Source: Camelus ferus
Taxonomy: Eukaryota
Reading direction: 5' to 3'
DNA: 64,000 nucleotides
Assembly: GCF_009834535.1 (NCBI RefSeq)
Contig: NC_045696.1
Span: forward strand, 36,024,001 to 36,088,000
Shown here: in pieces, positions 38,512 through 52,373 of the stretch
Layout of the letters: each line of letters opens with the position of its first letter
Numbering within the stretch: position 1 is the first letter of the stretch
Notes under the pieces: generated by a model
The model's database searches: none
What the model saw: the letters and a program-made list of their open reading frames with translations, nothing else
Told to the model about the DNA's origin: nothing
Program-made: the position numbers and the translations under genes

Positions 38512-38990
38512 AAGCTCATTCTTCATTCTCTGAACCTTCATAGATTGTTTCAACATACGTTCAATACCATATTTATGGCTGTGACTGACTCTAGAAAACC
38601 GATTATATTTAATCCTCTTGCTACTACCTTTGGGAATAGTACACAAGTGCACACTATGATTTTTTTTTCTATTATTGAAGCTAAAAAGGCTATAACAAAA
38701 CTGTCTGCCAAATGCCAATCAATCATATTCCAAAGGGGTCTTTGGGTAGCCATAGATGAAACACTTTCTAAGTGCTTTCTAAATATTAACACCTAATTTT
38801 TTAAAGAAGATCTAAAGGCATTCTTAGATCTTTTGGAGCATGAATTCATACTTGGCATCATTCTTCACTGATTCTCTCCACTGACCCATCCTAAACTCAA
38901 GGTGCCCAAACAATATCTTGCCATATCAGGAAAGACCGTATAGCTAGATTTTACAATAGTAATTACAGATTTTTATTTTACTGTAAAAGA
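38512..38990 (+). pseudogene. piggyBac-like transposase fossil, piece B (first catalytic D region)
   Basis: IFMAV..SR-NRLYLILLLLP (cf. MSRNRFxLILRFLHF); KCQSIIFQRGLWVAIDETL (cf. QCIQNYTPGAHLTIDEQL; D codon 38755-38757); YLAISGKTV* (cf. DLxVSGKIVW). Confidence 0.7.
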
Positions 38991-39169
38991 TTTCTTAATC
39001 AAATTTAATCATTTTTAAAACTCTTAAAAAAGCATAAGGTTTTCAAACCATGACTTTCATTACAGAATCATTTTAACTTTTAGAAAAATAAAGATGATTT
39101 CTTTATAAAAGTTATGGATATAATACAAAAAAAGGACTAGTTTCATTTTAATAAGAAATAGTAGTATCA

Positions 39170-39480
39170 GCTGTTCAATACATGGTACAATCAGGCACTG
39201 TCCAAAAAGCCTAGAATATACATATCAATCAATTGTCAAACAATCTTTTGATTTAGATAAAATTATGCTCACTTTATACATAAGCAATAATATTACCCAA
39301 GTTAACTCTAACAGTTGTCAATGAATACTACCCCTTGGAAAGCCACTGTGATATTTGTAGCCCCAGAATATGAGCATCAATCTTTGACCTGACAGTTAAG
39401 GTTTATATCATCTTTAGAAATTCACAACCACTCAAAAGTCTTAATAGCTTCATCTGTAAAATAATAACATTTCCCATGTA
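39170..39480. mobile_element. MIR fragments
   Basis: caggcactgtcc...cactttatacataagcaa and cttcatctgtaaaataataa. Confidence 0.45.
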
Positions 39481-39595
39481 AATCTTTATTTTTAAGTGCA
39501 TTATAGTTGAAAAATGTAAAATGTAAAATTGTAATGCAAAAAATAAAATAAAATTCAAACACTGCTTTAAGTCTAATCTAGCAGACACTGCTAGT

Positions 39596-42500
39596 TATAT
39601 TAGTTAGGATTCTCCAAAGAAACAGAACCAACAAGATGTACAGATAGACAGATAGAGATTTACTTTTAAGGAATTGGTTCATGTAATTGTGGGAGCTAGC
39701 AAGTCCAAAATCTACAGGACAGTTCAGCAGACTGCAGACCCAGGGAAGAGCTGATATTGCCATCTTGAGACCAAAGGCTCTCTAGGCAGAATTTCTTCAA
39801 GGGACTTCAGTCTTTCCTCTAAGACCTCAAACTAGTTGAATGAGGCCCACCCATATTATGAAAGGTAATCTTTACTCAAAGTCTACTGATTTAACTGTTA
39901 ATCACATCTAAAAATTACCATCATAAGCAACATCTAGAGTGGTATCTGACCAAACCACCAGGCACTATAACTTAGCCAAATTGACACATAACATTAACCA
40001 TCAGAGTCCATCCTTTGTCAGTTTGGCACCATATGCATTACTTTAAATATCCTTATCCTCAAAACAAAAATAAAAACAAGGCCATACTTCCACCTAATAT
40101 GCTACAGTTATCCTGTGTACATCGAAAACACACAAATGCTTCCCCCAGAAGAGTATGTAAAGTCCTTAGGTGATGATCACTCTTCTCCTCAATAGCCTGT
40201 AATTTAAATAAATGATTTAAACTTAATGAATATTATGTTATATAATAAGGGAATACGAGAAGGAAGAAAACACAGATATTGCCCCCTCCCCCCACCACAC
40301 ACATTTATAACAAAATAAGGAAGAAATACTTCTAACAATTACTGACCTTTACCCAGTAGAGTTACCCAAATCTTTATTCCTAAAAGGTCTGGGTTATTAT
40401 TAGTCCTGCCTGAACTGAGCTGTAGTTTTCCACTGACTTTAATCAGAGGCATGGTGGTACCAAGGGATTCCCTAAGCGATTTCCTGTATTCCAGACATAT
40501 TCTTCCTCATCTCCATGGTGGAATAGTAGTCTCATTCCTTCTTGATAATCAGAATCAATTATCCAGCCAGTACAGTAAATACTTCCCATGCCTGTTGATT
40601 CCAAGGCATAAGGAACCCAAAGTGGTCAGGTGGCAGTTTTAACTTCCAGTTCAATGAAAACATTTCTGTGTCTCCCAGTGGTAGCATTCCTCCCTCAAGA
40701 GCTAAGACTCTTCGAAGAGCAGAGTTTAAGATATGTGGACAAGAAGCTAAACTTTTACTATCAGACCATAAGGGGTAATGATGAGTAGTGCTATTCTAAT
40801 TTTTACTCCTTAATTCCTGGATCCATAAATCCTGACTGGGAGAAACAGCACCATAGATTGAACACTGATTTAGAGTATGTACAAACTCCTAAAGAACCTT
40901 GCCACAGACCTGCGAGGCACTGCCACCTAGCTAGCACTGTAACTCAATCTTCAAGAGGCCATTCCACCATTCTATCAAGCCAACAGCTTCAGCATAACAC
41001 CAGTGGATTCCATGGTAAGACTAGTGAGCATGGGCCCATTAATGTGCTTCATTTGCTGTAAAATTAGTTCCTTGACCAGAATCAACACCATGTGGAATAC
41101 CATGAGACTGTACAAGGCATTTGGTGAGTCCACAAATAGTAGATATGGCAGAAGCATTGCAAGCAGGGAAGGCAAATCTGTATCCAGTGTCTTTTCCAGT
41201 AAGAACAAAATTCTGACCCTTTCATGATACAAGTGGTTCTTCAATATAATCAACCCACCTCCAGATAGCTGGTTGATCACTCCAGAGAATGTCACCATAT
41301 TAGAAATACAGTGTTGGTCTCTGTTGCTGACACATTGGACATTCAGCAGTGGCTATAGCCAGGTTGGCTCTGGTGAGTGGAAATCTTTGTTGCTGAGCTC
41401 AATACATATCCTCCAATTCTGCCACCACGTCCACTTTGTTCATGAGCCCATTGGGTATCGAGAAGGGTGGCTAGGGAAAGAGGCTAACTAGTATCCACAG
41501 AATGGGTCATCCTATCCATTTGATTATTAAAATTCGCCTCTGCTGAGGTTGCTCTTTGGTAAGCATTCACATAGGACACAAATATCTTCACATTTTTACC
41601 CATTCAGAGAGGCCCATCCATATACCTCTTCCCTACGTCTCCTTGTCATCGATTTTCCAACTATGCTTCCTTCCAAGTCCCTAACCATCTAGCCAAACCA
41701 TTGGCCACAGGTCCTCAATTGATACACAATCGTGTATCTGACATTTTTTCTTCCAAGAAAAATGAACAACCAGATAGACTGCTTGAAGTTCTGTCCACTG
41801 GGAAGACTTCCCCTCACACTGCCCTTCAGGGATATCCCAGAAATGAGCTATAGCACTACAGCTCTTTACTTCCAGGTGATGCCTGCCTATTGTACAGAAC
41901 CATTGTAAATGAGATCCAAATTTTCTCTTTCTCTATCAACTGATCATAGAGAACTCCCCATAAGGTACAGGTACAGGCTGAGAGAGTTACAGTAATTTAA
42001 TAGGAGAGGGACTGTGGGGATTTGGGTCACTTCTTGATGGAATCTACTTGTGCCTTCAGAGTCTGTTCAAGCCTAATCCTATAAGCACTACTTGCATTTA
42101 ATGATGAAGTATTACTGTGCACCCCAACCTCTATGGCTTGATGGGTCAGACAATATTCAGTTTATGATGGGCATCTCAGGTCACCTGGTAACTTAGTGGC
42201 CCATAGTCAGCATTCTGTTTCTAAGGCCCAATAGCAAACCAAAAGCTGTTTCTCAAAAGGAGAGTAGTTATCCACAGAACATGACAGGGTTTGCTCCAAA
42301 ATCTGAAGATTCTGAACTGTTATTCATCTATAGGGACCTATGAAAGGCCCCAAACAAAATCCTTATTTGCAACTGAAGCACCACTGGATCTACTGGATCA
42401 TATGGCCCAAGTGGCAGAGCAGCTAGGCATAGCAGACCCTTCTCTTGTTCTAGGCCCCAATCAAAACTAGTGGCTTTTTGGTCACTTGGTAAATAGGCTG

Positions 42501-44449
42501 GAGTGACACACCCAAATGAGGAATATGTTGCCTTCAAAATCCAAAGAGGATCACTACTTATTATATCTCTTTTTTGGCTACTGGAGTAGCCAGATGAAAC
42601 AACTTATCCTTCACCTTAAAATGACTTGACTTGCCCCACACCACTAGATCCTTAGAAATTTCACTGATGTAGAAGACCCCTGAATTTTTGTTTGATTTAT
42701 TTCTCATCCTCTAACATGCAAATGTCTTACCAACAAGTCTAGAGTAGTTGCTACTTTTTGCTCAAAATGTTCAATCAGCATAATGCCATAATGTTAACAT
42801 AATGAGTTAGTGTGACATCTTGTGGAAGGGAAAAGCAATCAAGATTCCTGCAAACTAAATTATGCCACTAGGCTGAATACTTGATATATCTCTAAGATAT
42901 GACAGTGAATGTGTTTTGTTGGCTTTGCCAGCTGAAAGCAAACCACTCTGGTGGTCTTTACTAACAGTAATAGAGAAAAAAAATCATTTGCCAGATCAAT
43001 AACCACATACCAGGTACTAGAGGATGTGTTAATTTTTTCAAGCAATGAAATCACATCTGGTACAACAGCAGCAACTGGGGTTACCACCTGGTTATGCTTA
43101 CAATAATGCACTGCCATTCTCCAACATTCATCTGCTTTATGCAGGGGCCAAATAGGCAAGCTGAACAGGGACGTGGTGGAATCACCACCCCTGCATCTTT
43201 CCAATCTTTGATGGTGGCACTAATTTCTGCAATACTTCCAGAAATGAGTAATTGATCTTGATTTACTATTTTCCTAGATGGAGGCAGTTCTAGTGGCTTC
43301 CACTTGGCCTTTCTCACCAAAATAGCCCTCATTCCACAGATCAAGGTACCACCGTGGGGATTTTCCAGTTGTTTAGTACGTCTATTCCAATTATGCATTT
43401 CAGAGCTGGAGAAATAACCAAAGTATTGGCTAAGAGACCCACTGGACCCACTATGAAATGAATCTGAGCTAAAATCTCCCCTCCATAAACTCCTACTCTG
43501 ACCGGTAGACCACAGTGGCATTTTGGATCTCCTGCAAATAGTGTCAGTTCAGAGCCACTGTCCAGTAATCCCTGAAGAGCCTAATTATTTCCCTTTCCCC
43601 AATGCACAGTCACCCGGTAAAAGGCTGTAGATCCCTTTGGGGAAGCCTGGGAGAAAGATTAACTGTATAAATTTTTGTCAGTACAGCTGAGTTTTTACTC
43701 AAGGGGATTCAGCCTCCTCTTCAGTCAAAGGGTTCTGGGTCTGTAAACCAGCTCAAGTCTGGGAATTGATTTAGGAGCCATAACTCCCCATTTTTATGAT
43801 TCAAGCTAGACTTTTACTTACTTGGCCTACAACTTTTCTGCTTATATAAACTAAGTGAAAATTTAGTATACTTCCCATCTATTTCACTTCTAGGAACACT
43901 TTGATTCAACTAGCCAATGACATAAAACTGTTATCATTCAGACTAATCTGATAAGTGCTTTGACTCTGCTGTTCATTATTATAACCACACTCACCTTGAT
44001 TTTGGTGATTAATTGTTGCCACTTGGCTTTTGCCACCCCAAGATCCAACAATCTTCATTGCATTTCGGTTTCCCAGTTAATTTCCCACTATAATCTCTGA
44101 CCCACAGAGTTACCAGAAGCTCTTCAAAGATGCTAGATGTCACCAAGATTTATTTCTCATAGTTGTGGTGAAAGATGTGTTCTCTAGACCCTCCTAGGGT
44201 GGATGAGCAGGTCTTACATGATAAGTCCACTCTTACATTCTCATCTCTTCAGGAGACCTCAGTCTTTTATCCCAAGGTCTTTGATTGCATGAGGCCACCC
44301 ACATTACGAAAGGAAATCCACCAAAGTCTACTGATGTAAATGTTAGCCACATCTAAAATATGCATTCATAGCAAAATTGAGACTTGTGTTTGACCAAACA
44401 ACTAAGCACTTCAGCCTCGCCAAGTCAACACATAAAATTAACCATCATA
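39596..44449 (-). mobile_element. ERV-L provirus remnant with MLT2-type LTRs; 5' LTR/gag junction deleted
   Basis: 3' LTR 39596-40005 with PPT next to it; partial 5' LTR ~44250-44449; protease GLLDSGSELT ~43542-43572; RT PIWPLHKADECWRMAVHY..WYVVIDLANDFFS (42860-43204); integrase and dUTPase remnants ~40500-41500; flanks ctagt / ctaac. Confidence 0.92.
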
Positions 44450-44754
44450 CTAACCAATGTCTATTTTTATTTTCTTTTTTTTAAATCAACAGAACCTAGA
44501 TTTTGTCAAGGACAGCAATAAACAATTATGTACTTCAGCCTCTCTTCTATTTCTGACCAATGAGATTTCAGCAGAACTCTCTTAGGATGAATTCCAGGAA
44601 AACTGTAAAGTGCAAGACTAAGCTGGCACATAATTTTGTCATTTTTCCCTCACCCATCTTCATGCCAGGAATACAGAAACTACATGTAGGGGATGAGGAA
44701 GAAGGAATCATCTTTTGAAATACAAGATGACAATGTTAAGAATAAATGCCTCAC

Positions 44755-46950
44755 AACACTCCCAAACTTATTCTATGAAGCCACCATTACCCTGATACCA
44801 AAACCAGACAAAGACACGACCAAAAAAGTAAATTATAGGCCAATATCTATGATGAATATAGATGCAAAAATTCTCAACAAAACATTAACAAACAATCCAA
44901 CAACACATAAAAGAGATCGTACACCATGACCAAGTTGGATTCATCTCAATGTCACAAGGATGGTTCGACATGTGAAAATCAATCAGTGTGATATACCACA
45001 TTAACAAAAGAAAGGACAGAAACTAAATGATCATATCAATAGATGCAGAAAAAGCATTTGATAAAATCAACATCAATAAAAATTCTTACCAAAGTGGGAA
45101 TAGAGGCAACATATCTCAACATAATAAAAGCTATTTATGACAAACCCACCACTCAACATTGAAAAGTTGAAAGCCTTCCTGCTAAAATCTGGAATAGGAC
45201 AAGGATGCCAACTTTCACCACTTCCATTCAACACTAATTGGAAGCCCTAGCCATAGCAATCAGATGAGAAAAAGAAATAAAAGGGATCCAAATTGGAAGA
45301 GGAGAGGTAAAACTATCACTATACACAGATGACTTAATACTATATTTAGAAAACCCTAAATACTCCACACAAAAACTACTACAGCTGATAAACAAATTCA
45401 GCAAGGTAGCAGGTTACAACATTAACACACAGAAATCTGTTGCATTTCTCTACACTAACAATGAAATATCAGAATAGGAAAATTAAAAAAAATCTCTTTA
45501 AAATCACATCAAAAGTAAAATAAAATAAAATAAAATACTTAGGAATAAACTTGACCAAGGAGGTGAAAGACTTAAATGCTGAGGATTGTAAAGCATTGAT
45601 AAATTAAATTAAAGGTCATTTAAAGAAATGGAAAGATATCTCATGCTCTTGGATTGGAAGAATTAATATTGTTAAAATAGCCATATTACCCAATTACAGA
45701 TTTCATGTAATCCCTATTAAAATTACCCAGAACACTTTTCACAGAACTAGAACAAATAATCCTGAAATTTATATTGAATTACCAAAGACCCATACTTGCC
45801 AAAGCAGTGCTAAAGAAAAAACTAAGCTGGAGGCATAACCCTCCCAGACTTCAGACAATACTACAGAGCTACATTAATAAAAACAGTGTGGTACTGGCAC
45901 AAAAGCAGACATACAGATCAATGAATCAGAACAGAGAGCCCAGAAATGAACCTACACACTTACGGTCAATTAATCTTAGACAAAGGAGGCAAGAATATAC
46001 AATAGAGAAATGACAGTCTCTTCAGCAAATGGTGCTGAGAAAGCTGGACAGCTGTACATAAACCAATAAAGTTGGAATACTCCCTCACATCATACACAAA
46101 AATAAAGTTAAAGTGGCTTAAAGATTTAAATGTAAGACAAGACACTATAAGCCTTCTAGAAGAAAATATAGGTAAGACCGTCTGACATAAATCTTAGCAA
46201 TGTTCATCTAGGGCATTCTACCAAGGTAATAAAAATAAAAGCAAAAACAAACAAATGGCACCTAATTAAGTGTATCTGATTTTTTCACAGCAAAGAAAAC
46301 CATAAGCAAAACAAAAGGCAACCTATGGATGGGAGAAAATATTTGCAAATGATATGACTGACAGGGCTAAATTTCTAGAATATACAAACAGTACACACAA
46401 CTCAATAACAACAACAAAAAAAGCAACCTAGTCAAAAAATGGTCAGAAGACCTAAACAGATGTTTCTCCAATGAAGACATACAGATGGTCAACAGGCATG
46501 TGAAAAGATGCTCAATATTGCAATTATACAGAAATGCAAATCAAAACTTCAATGAGGTATCACCTCACACTGGTCAAAATGTCCATCATTAAAAAGTTCA
46601 TAAACAGTAAATGCTGGAGAGGATGTGGAGAAAAGGGAATCCTACTATACTGTTGGTGGGAATGTAGTTTGGTGCAGTCACTATGGAAAACATTATGGAG
46701 ATTCCTTGAAAAACCAAAAAACAGATGTACCATAAGATCCAGCAATCCCACTCCTGGGTATATCTCCAGAGGAAACTCTAATATGAAAAGATACATGCAC
46801 CCCTATGTTCATAGCAGCACTATTTATAATAGCCAAGACATGGAAGCAACCTAAATGTTCATCAACAGATTATCGGATAAAGATGTGGGCTATAAACTGA
46901 CTATACTTCAATAAAAATATATATATTAAATAAATAGATAAATAAATAAA
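44755..46950 (+). mobile_element. L1 ORF2 RT/C-terminal region with most of the 3' UTR missing
   Basis: [37 protein letters not shown]; yaDD region ~45320; [19 protein letters not shown]-rich tail to ~46950. Confidence 0.95.
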
Positions 46951-47830
46951 AGATCATGTCATATGTCTGTTCTAAACCTTGTCATGATTTCTCATTTTAC
47001 TCAGAGTAAAAGCAAAACTTTTATAATCCTAACAAGGCCCCAAAAGATTTACCCCCAACCTCCATTATCACACTGACATCACTTCTTGGGTCAGTTAGTT
47101 ACTGCTACAAGACAAATACCTCAAAATTGTCTTAAACAACACTTTGTTAGTTCTCATGAACCTAATGGTCAGCTGTCCAGTGTTCACTGTCAGCTGGCTG
47201 GGTTCCCTAGGGCGGTCTAGCCTAGGATGGCCTCAGGCCGATGCCTCAGATCTGTTCCATGTGGTCTTTCATCCTCCCTGGGATAGTGGCATGCAGTGGC
47301 AGGGTTCTAAGAGAAAGGGAAAAAGCTTTTACTAGCTCCCTGGAATCAAGTTCACTGCCATCCCATTGCAAAGCAAGTCATATGGCCAAAACCAGGGTCA
47401 GCATTGAGAAGCACTATCAAACAGTATAAGGACCAAAAGACAATATTGGGGTCATCAGTGAAATCAATCATTCACACTTTTTACAGACAAAGCCCCAACT
47501 ATACTGACTTCCTTGCTGTTCTATGAACACTACAGAGCCATTCCTTCATTAGGATCTTAGCTGTTCCTTATGCTGAAACTGGTCTTTGCCAGATATTGAC
47601 TTGGCTAACTCCATCACTTCTTCCAAGTTTTTGTTAAACTTCTCCCTGATGAACCCTACCTCCCACCCTAATTAATAAGGCAATCCACCACAATCCCTCT
47701 ACTTGTTCTATTTTTCTTTGTCTATAACACGTATGAATTTCTAACATAATGTTATATATTTTGTTTCTTATATATTATAATTTTTGTTGTTATTATTTCT
47801 TGTCTCTCACCCTCTTCAGTAAAATATAAG
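46951..47830 (+). mobile_element. L2 fragment split by an MLT1J/K-like LTR (~47090-47478)
   Basis: agatcatgtc...cagagtaaaagcaaaactt...acaaggccc; atactgacttccttgctgttctatgaacac; insert has gcaaagcaagtcatatggccaaaaccagggtca. Confidence 0.65.
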
Positions 47831-48039
47831 ATATGATCTTTGCCTAAAATAACTTGTTAAATAAACTGCATAATCAGATTTCTGCTTCTGTAACTTAAAT
47901 ACAAGAAATATGAATTCTGTGTACATCACAAAGTGTACAACAATCAGGAAATAAGTATGGAATACACTATAGTAAATATAAGAGTTTTCTTCAGAAACTT
48001 CAAAATCTCTTAAAACAGATAGCCTCAATATCAGAGCAA

Positions 48040-48225
48040 ATCACAGCAGGTGCAAGCCAAGGATGTGGAAGCCAAAAAAGATCATTTCACCCAACCTTCT
48101 TATTCTACTAATGAAGATAATTAAGACCAAGGAAGTTAAGCGTATTGAAAAATGCTGAAAAGTCAATTAAGGACAAAACCAAAATTAGAATCAAATCTTC
48201 TAATTACCAACATTACATTCTTTCT
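48040..48225 (-). mobile_element. MIR fragment
   Basis: gatcatttcacccaaccttcttattctactaatgaagataattaagaccaaggaagttaag. Confidence 0.5.
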
Positions 48226-50616
48226 ACTTTCTCAAATCAACAAAATCACTGCTCAAACAGAATTTATAACAACCGAAGTGTAAAAGAAGAAATTTCAAAC
48301 ATTATTGAGTATTTTAAAATGTCAGGCTTTAAAATTAAGCTTGCAGTTTCTAATTTCACCAAATTGAAATCCTATAGTCTGATATATTTGTTTCTCAAAA
48401 ACAGCATAGATGACTAAGGTTTAGTGGCTCTGAATGTAAACCTCTAACGAGGTGAGAGACGCCATACTGAATCTAAATCTACAACTTTATAGAACTAAAT
48501 AATTGGCCCCTGCCAGTCTATGGGAATTTCATTTCCCGAACTGAAATAAGCACGGTAAAAGCAACTACCAAGAGAGGGAAAGATTATATCAACCAATGAT
48601 GTGAAGGAAGGAGAAGCTGTCTCTATAAGGGAATACTTTAGTCTACTTTGCTATTGAATAGTTTCAAAAAAAATTTTTTTCCGTTTAAACAACAGGGAAT
48701 TAATTCAGTCAGGAGAAAAGCATCTATTAATTGTGGTCATGCTTTTACAGACTAAATTTTGCCAGTGGACTGTAACTCTCCCACAGAGTTTTACAGAACA
48801 AGAACCTGGGTCAGTGTTTTATATGACTGGCCTCTCCTAACAACAAAGAAATGCGATACTCCCGCCTTGCTGTAACTGAAGACAAAGAAGTTAATAATTT
48901 TGTAGCAAAGTTTATAATTTTCTTTCCCAGGCATTTTGCTCTTTTGGTCTTGTGATTCTTTCCCTACTTTAATGTTATAGCTAATTGAGATATATTTCTA
49001 TCTGATGAAGGCTGAATGAATCTTCCCTAGTGAAAACTGTATACATTTATAGCTAATATGTCCATATACTTAATTCCCACTTCACTGGTAATGAATCAGT
49101 TATTAGGTTTTCTATATGAATTGGCAACAAAAAGTTCATAAAGCTAATCATTTAAATGTCAATATTTATATAGTTTTAAAAACTAGACAGTTTATTTCTC
49201 TGCTTTACATCAATTAAAGAAATATTCTTATACTCAGCAACCAATATGTCTATTCTTTAAAATAAAATTAGAATTTGAGTACCATCTGTAAATTCTCTCA
49301 CAGTGAAAGTTAACTACATTAGTATTAAACTGATTTATTAAAACTTGAAATGTTATAGTAAGAAGACATGAAGAATCTTTCAAACTCGTATCAGATTGGT
49401 CTCATTTTCAAAAAAAACACTGCCCATGTATTCAATGTAATTTGGTTAACTAACTGAAATGGTAGAATTCTTTATCCTCACTATTGTATGAGCATGTTAA
49501 ACTGTCTTTTCAGGAGTAAAAACAGTTTATGATAGTTATTTTCTAAATTTTAAAAACTACCAAAATTCTCTTATTTTCACAGCAGTATGCATTTTTTATT
49601 TGAAAAACTTTACTTCCATTCCAGGTATTTCAAACCTTATTTAAATGCAAATAGTATTCTGAAATATTTTTCCTTCAACATACAATTGGAGACATAAGCT
49701 GTTTAATTTTAAAAACTGATAAGCAATTTATCAGCTGGAGATTTTTGTTAAATTCATGACCTTCCTGGAACTACTTTAATTCAAATATATTTCACATAAT
49801 ATAAATAAAAATAATGTATTACATTGAAAGGAAGGTGATGCAATGACTCGCCAAAATGCCAAAAATCTGAACATGGTTTTATTCTCAGAATTATGGCAAG
49901 TTTCTTCTTTATGCCAGGAGCCTCAATAGATAATTGATAATATTCCAGGAAGAGAGTAGATGCAAAAATATTGCAGAAGATAGTGTGATTCCTCAAGAAA
50001 GAAAAATATCTCTAACATCTTTTAATCATGCATGAATTATGCATATAGCAACGCTAGAATTTTGCTAAACATTTGAACATTCCCCCAGCCATATTTTCTC
50101 CTAGCGCCAGCAATGAATACATCTATGTTTAATATAAAAATCCTCCTAAATTCACAGACAGGGATTTTTTTAATTATTTAACTTCTTAGTTCTTAAAAAA
50201 GGGAGAAACTCTCTTCTCTTTAACAGAGTGAATTATTCTAAAAAGTAAAAATAATAAAAAATATGACAGTATAACCAAATCAGTTTTCAGTTTTGCCTCT
50301 AAAATTTGAGAAGCTTTAGCAGCATGAGAAAATAGTGCAAGTTCTGACTATGTGTTTTCTATATCTCTCTATTTCTATAGTCTGGAACTAAAAATGCTAA
50401 GATGGCCCATTACAGACTAGAAACATAGAACAGATTTCCATTCCAAAAGGGCAGTACTGAAAGCATATCTTCAAAAAATAGAAGTCTACAAACCTGGGTC
50501 ATCTGGTCAACCTTGCCCTACAGCACTTCACACAAAATGCAATTTATTCTTTAAATTGAATAACAGCCTCACAAGAGAATAACACTATAAAAATAGACAA
50601 TACTGCTGCCCTGTAG

Positions 50617-50979
50617 GACCTCAATATTTCTTGCTGCCAAATAAGAGAAAGTACTCAAAGAGAGAAGAGAAACCCATAACTACAGTGGGAAATAATTTTT
50701 AAGTATGTATTTCTCTATAAACAAGTAGCAAGAAAAGTGAGAGAGAAAGAAAATAAACTCAACAAACTGTTTCAGTGAGGAACTATCAAATTATAGGAGA
50801 AGCAATAATCTTCAGGACAATAAGCCCACTATTTTCATAATGAAGGGAATGTGATGCTTGGCATCTTTAGGACAATAAGGAGAGGAAAAAAATATTTAAA
50901 GATTTTCATACTTTTTTATTTTAACTGTTTTAAAAAGAAAGTTTTATGTCCTACAATACAGGGAAAAGACAATCACCAA
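50617..50979 (+). pseudogene. piggyBac-like transposase fossil, piece C (second D region to the MLSTxH motif)
   Basis: RN-ITT/THNYS near 50670; IFKYVFLYKQVARKVRE (cf. LFxxLxxxKxxAxGTVR); GEAIIFR; NVMLGI-(W>TAG 50868)DNKE (cf. LAVKWxDNK); VLCPTIQ (cf. VxMLSTIH). Confidence 0.55.
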
Positions 50980-51089
50980 GTAACAGAGTATTTCCATTTC
51001 ATTGGGCTTGATAGTACTCTCAATAATGGTAAATTCAGGAACTAACAGTTGGAATTAATGATTATAAAGTCTTATATTCTAGCATTACT

Positions 51090-51600
51090 GTTTGCGGATG
51101 CAGAGCAAACCACTGCCCCCAAGATTGGAGAGACAAGCAAATACAAGGAGTCACAGCTTAGTGAACCACTCAAAGCCCCCTCAGGAACCAGTGCTGGAGT
51201 AGGAAAACTTGAACCGCGACTGACAAATTGCTGGAGACTCAGTGCAAACAAGTCTGAGAGTTAAAAACTCCATGTTTTGTGAGTTTTACCTCCAGGAGCT
51301 CAACCAACTTCTCACTGTAAATATCAGGGAAAAATTCTCCCATGCTTCCACGACAAGGAAATGTTTTGAAATATACGAGAACAGTATGTTCTTAACAAAG
51401 CCTGACTTCAGGGAAAATTTTCAATCAGAACCTAATCTGACAGGGGTTTTATCGGAGCCTAACTAACCTGCAGTGAGGAAAATACCCAACTCTGGCCCAC
51501 CTGAGCTATCTCGTTTCACCTAAGAGGGAAGAAAAAATACTGAGAAACACTTGTGAATTTCACAGTCCAGCAGCACAAACAGGTTCACTAAAAGTCATGA
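51090..51600 (+). mobile_element. Old L1MC-type 5' end fragment
   Basis: aattgctggagactcagtgcaaacaagtctgagagttaaaaactcc, gagttttacctccaggagctc, ctgagaaacacttgtgaatttcacagtccag. Confidence 0.65.
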
Positions 51601-52373
51601 TAAATCTTTCCCTCATTCTGTGATACTTTTTTTGACATTTACAAATACAATAAATTTATTAGAAAGCTACCAAGAAAAGGAGGAAAAATCTTTGTATTTG
51701 TGTGTATGTGTATTGTGTTTATGTCTCAGGAGGTGGGGGTGAAGTGAGGAAAAGACATTAGAATAAAGCTATATAGAAGAACACATATTTAGCTAAGAAG
51801 GAAATGAAAGTGATACTAAATCTACCACTCAAGTAGATAAAGCTTCAACCATCTTCACAGGAAATAAATGAATAGTGCTAATAGCTGAATCCAATTTACA
51901 AGGCACTAAACGGATCTTATAGGAGGAAGGGAGATAATTAATCTTCAGCTAGAACAATGAAAGATCAGCTGCAGTATTATCACAGTGCCACATTCCAAGA
52001 CTCTGGAGGTGCTTTGCCTTCCAATGTATTAATCAAAGACTATCCAGAATTAGGATGTTTAATTATTTGCAAGGATTCTTTGTATTTTTTAATCTCTGCT
52101 TGAAGCCACTGATTATTGTACATAAAAAGTTTTCCTTTCTTATTATCTACTGTACTGAGACTATAAGAGCAATATTAGTAGCCTCTGAGTATGGAAATGA
52201 AATATGTGATTTCAAAATTATTTAACAAAGCTATAGTTCTCATGACTATTTCATAGATTAGGTATTTGATTTCAAATTCAATACAGCTATAGGTTTTTGG
52301 TGATTCCTTGAGTATTTGGTCTATATTTTTTGGATCTTAGAATTTTAAAGAAATAGTTTTACTCCACTTTCAG

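Noticed and set aside
38510..38720. Non-LTR RT reading on the minus strand (TIPKGSSKRIKYNRFSRVSHSHK)
   Set aside because: It lacks the YRPI core, and spacing to the next motif is too long; the opposite-strand piggyBac match is better.
38807..38832. 9-bp hairpin aagatctaa-N8-ttagatctt
   Set aside because: Short and AT-rich, with no evidence of function.
37180..38940. Endogenous RNA-virus reading: bornavirus N-like on + (FNTIFMAV, IFNP) or mononegaviral L-like on - (RGLNIIGFLES)
   Set aside because: The similarities are short and not continued elsewhere. The piggyBac reading explains more motifs in order and predicts three further downstream pieces. A profile search would settle it.
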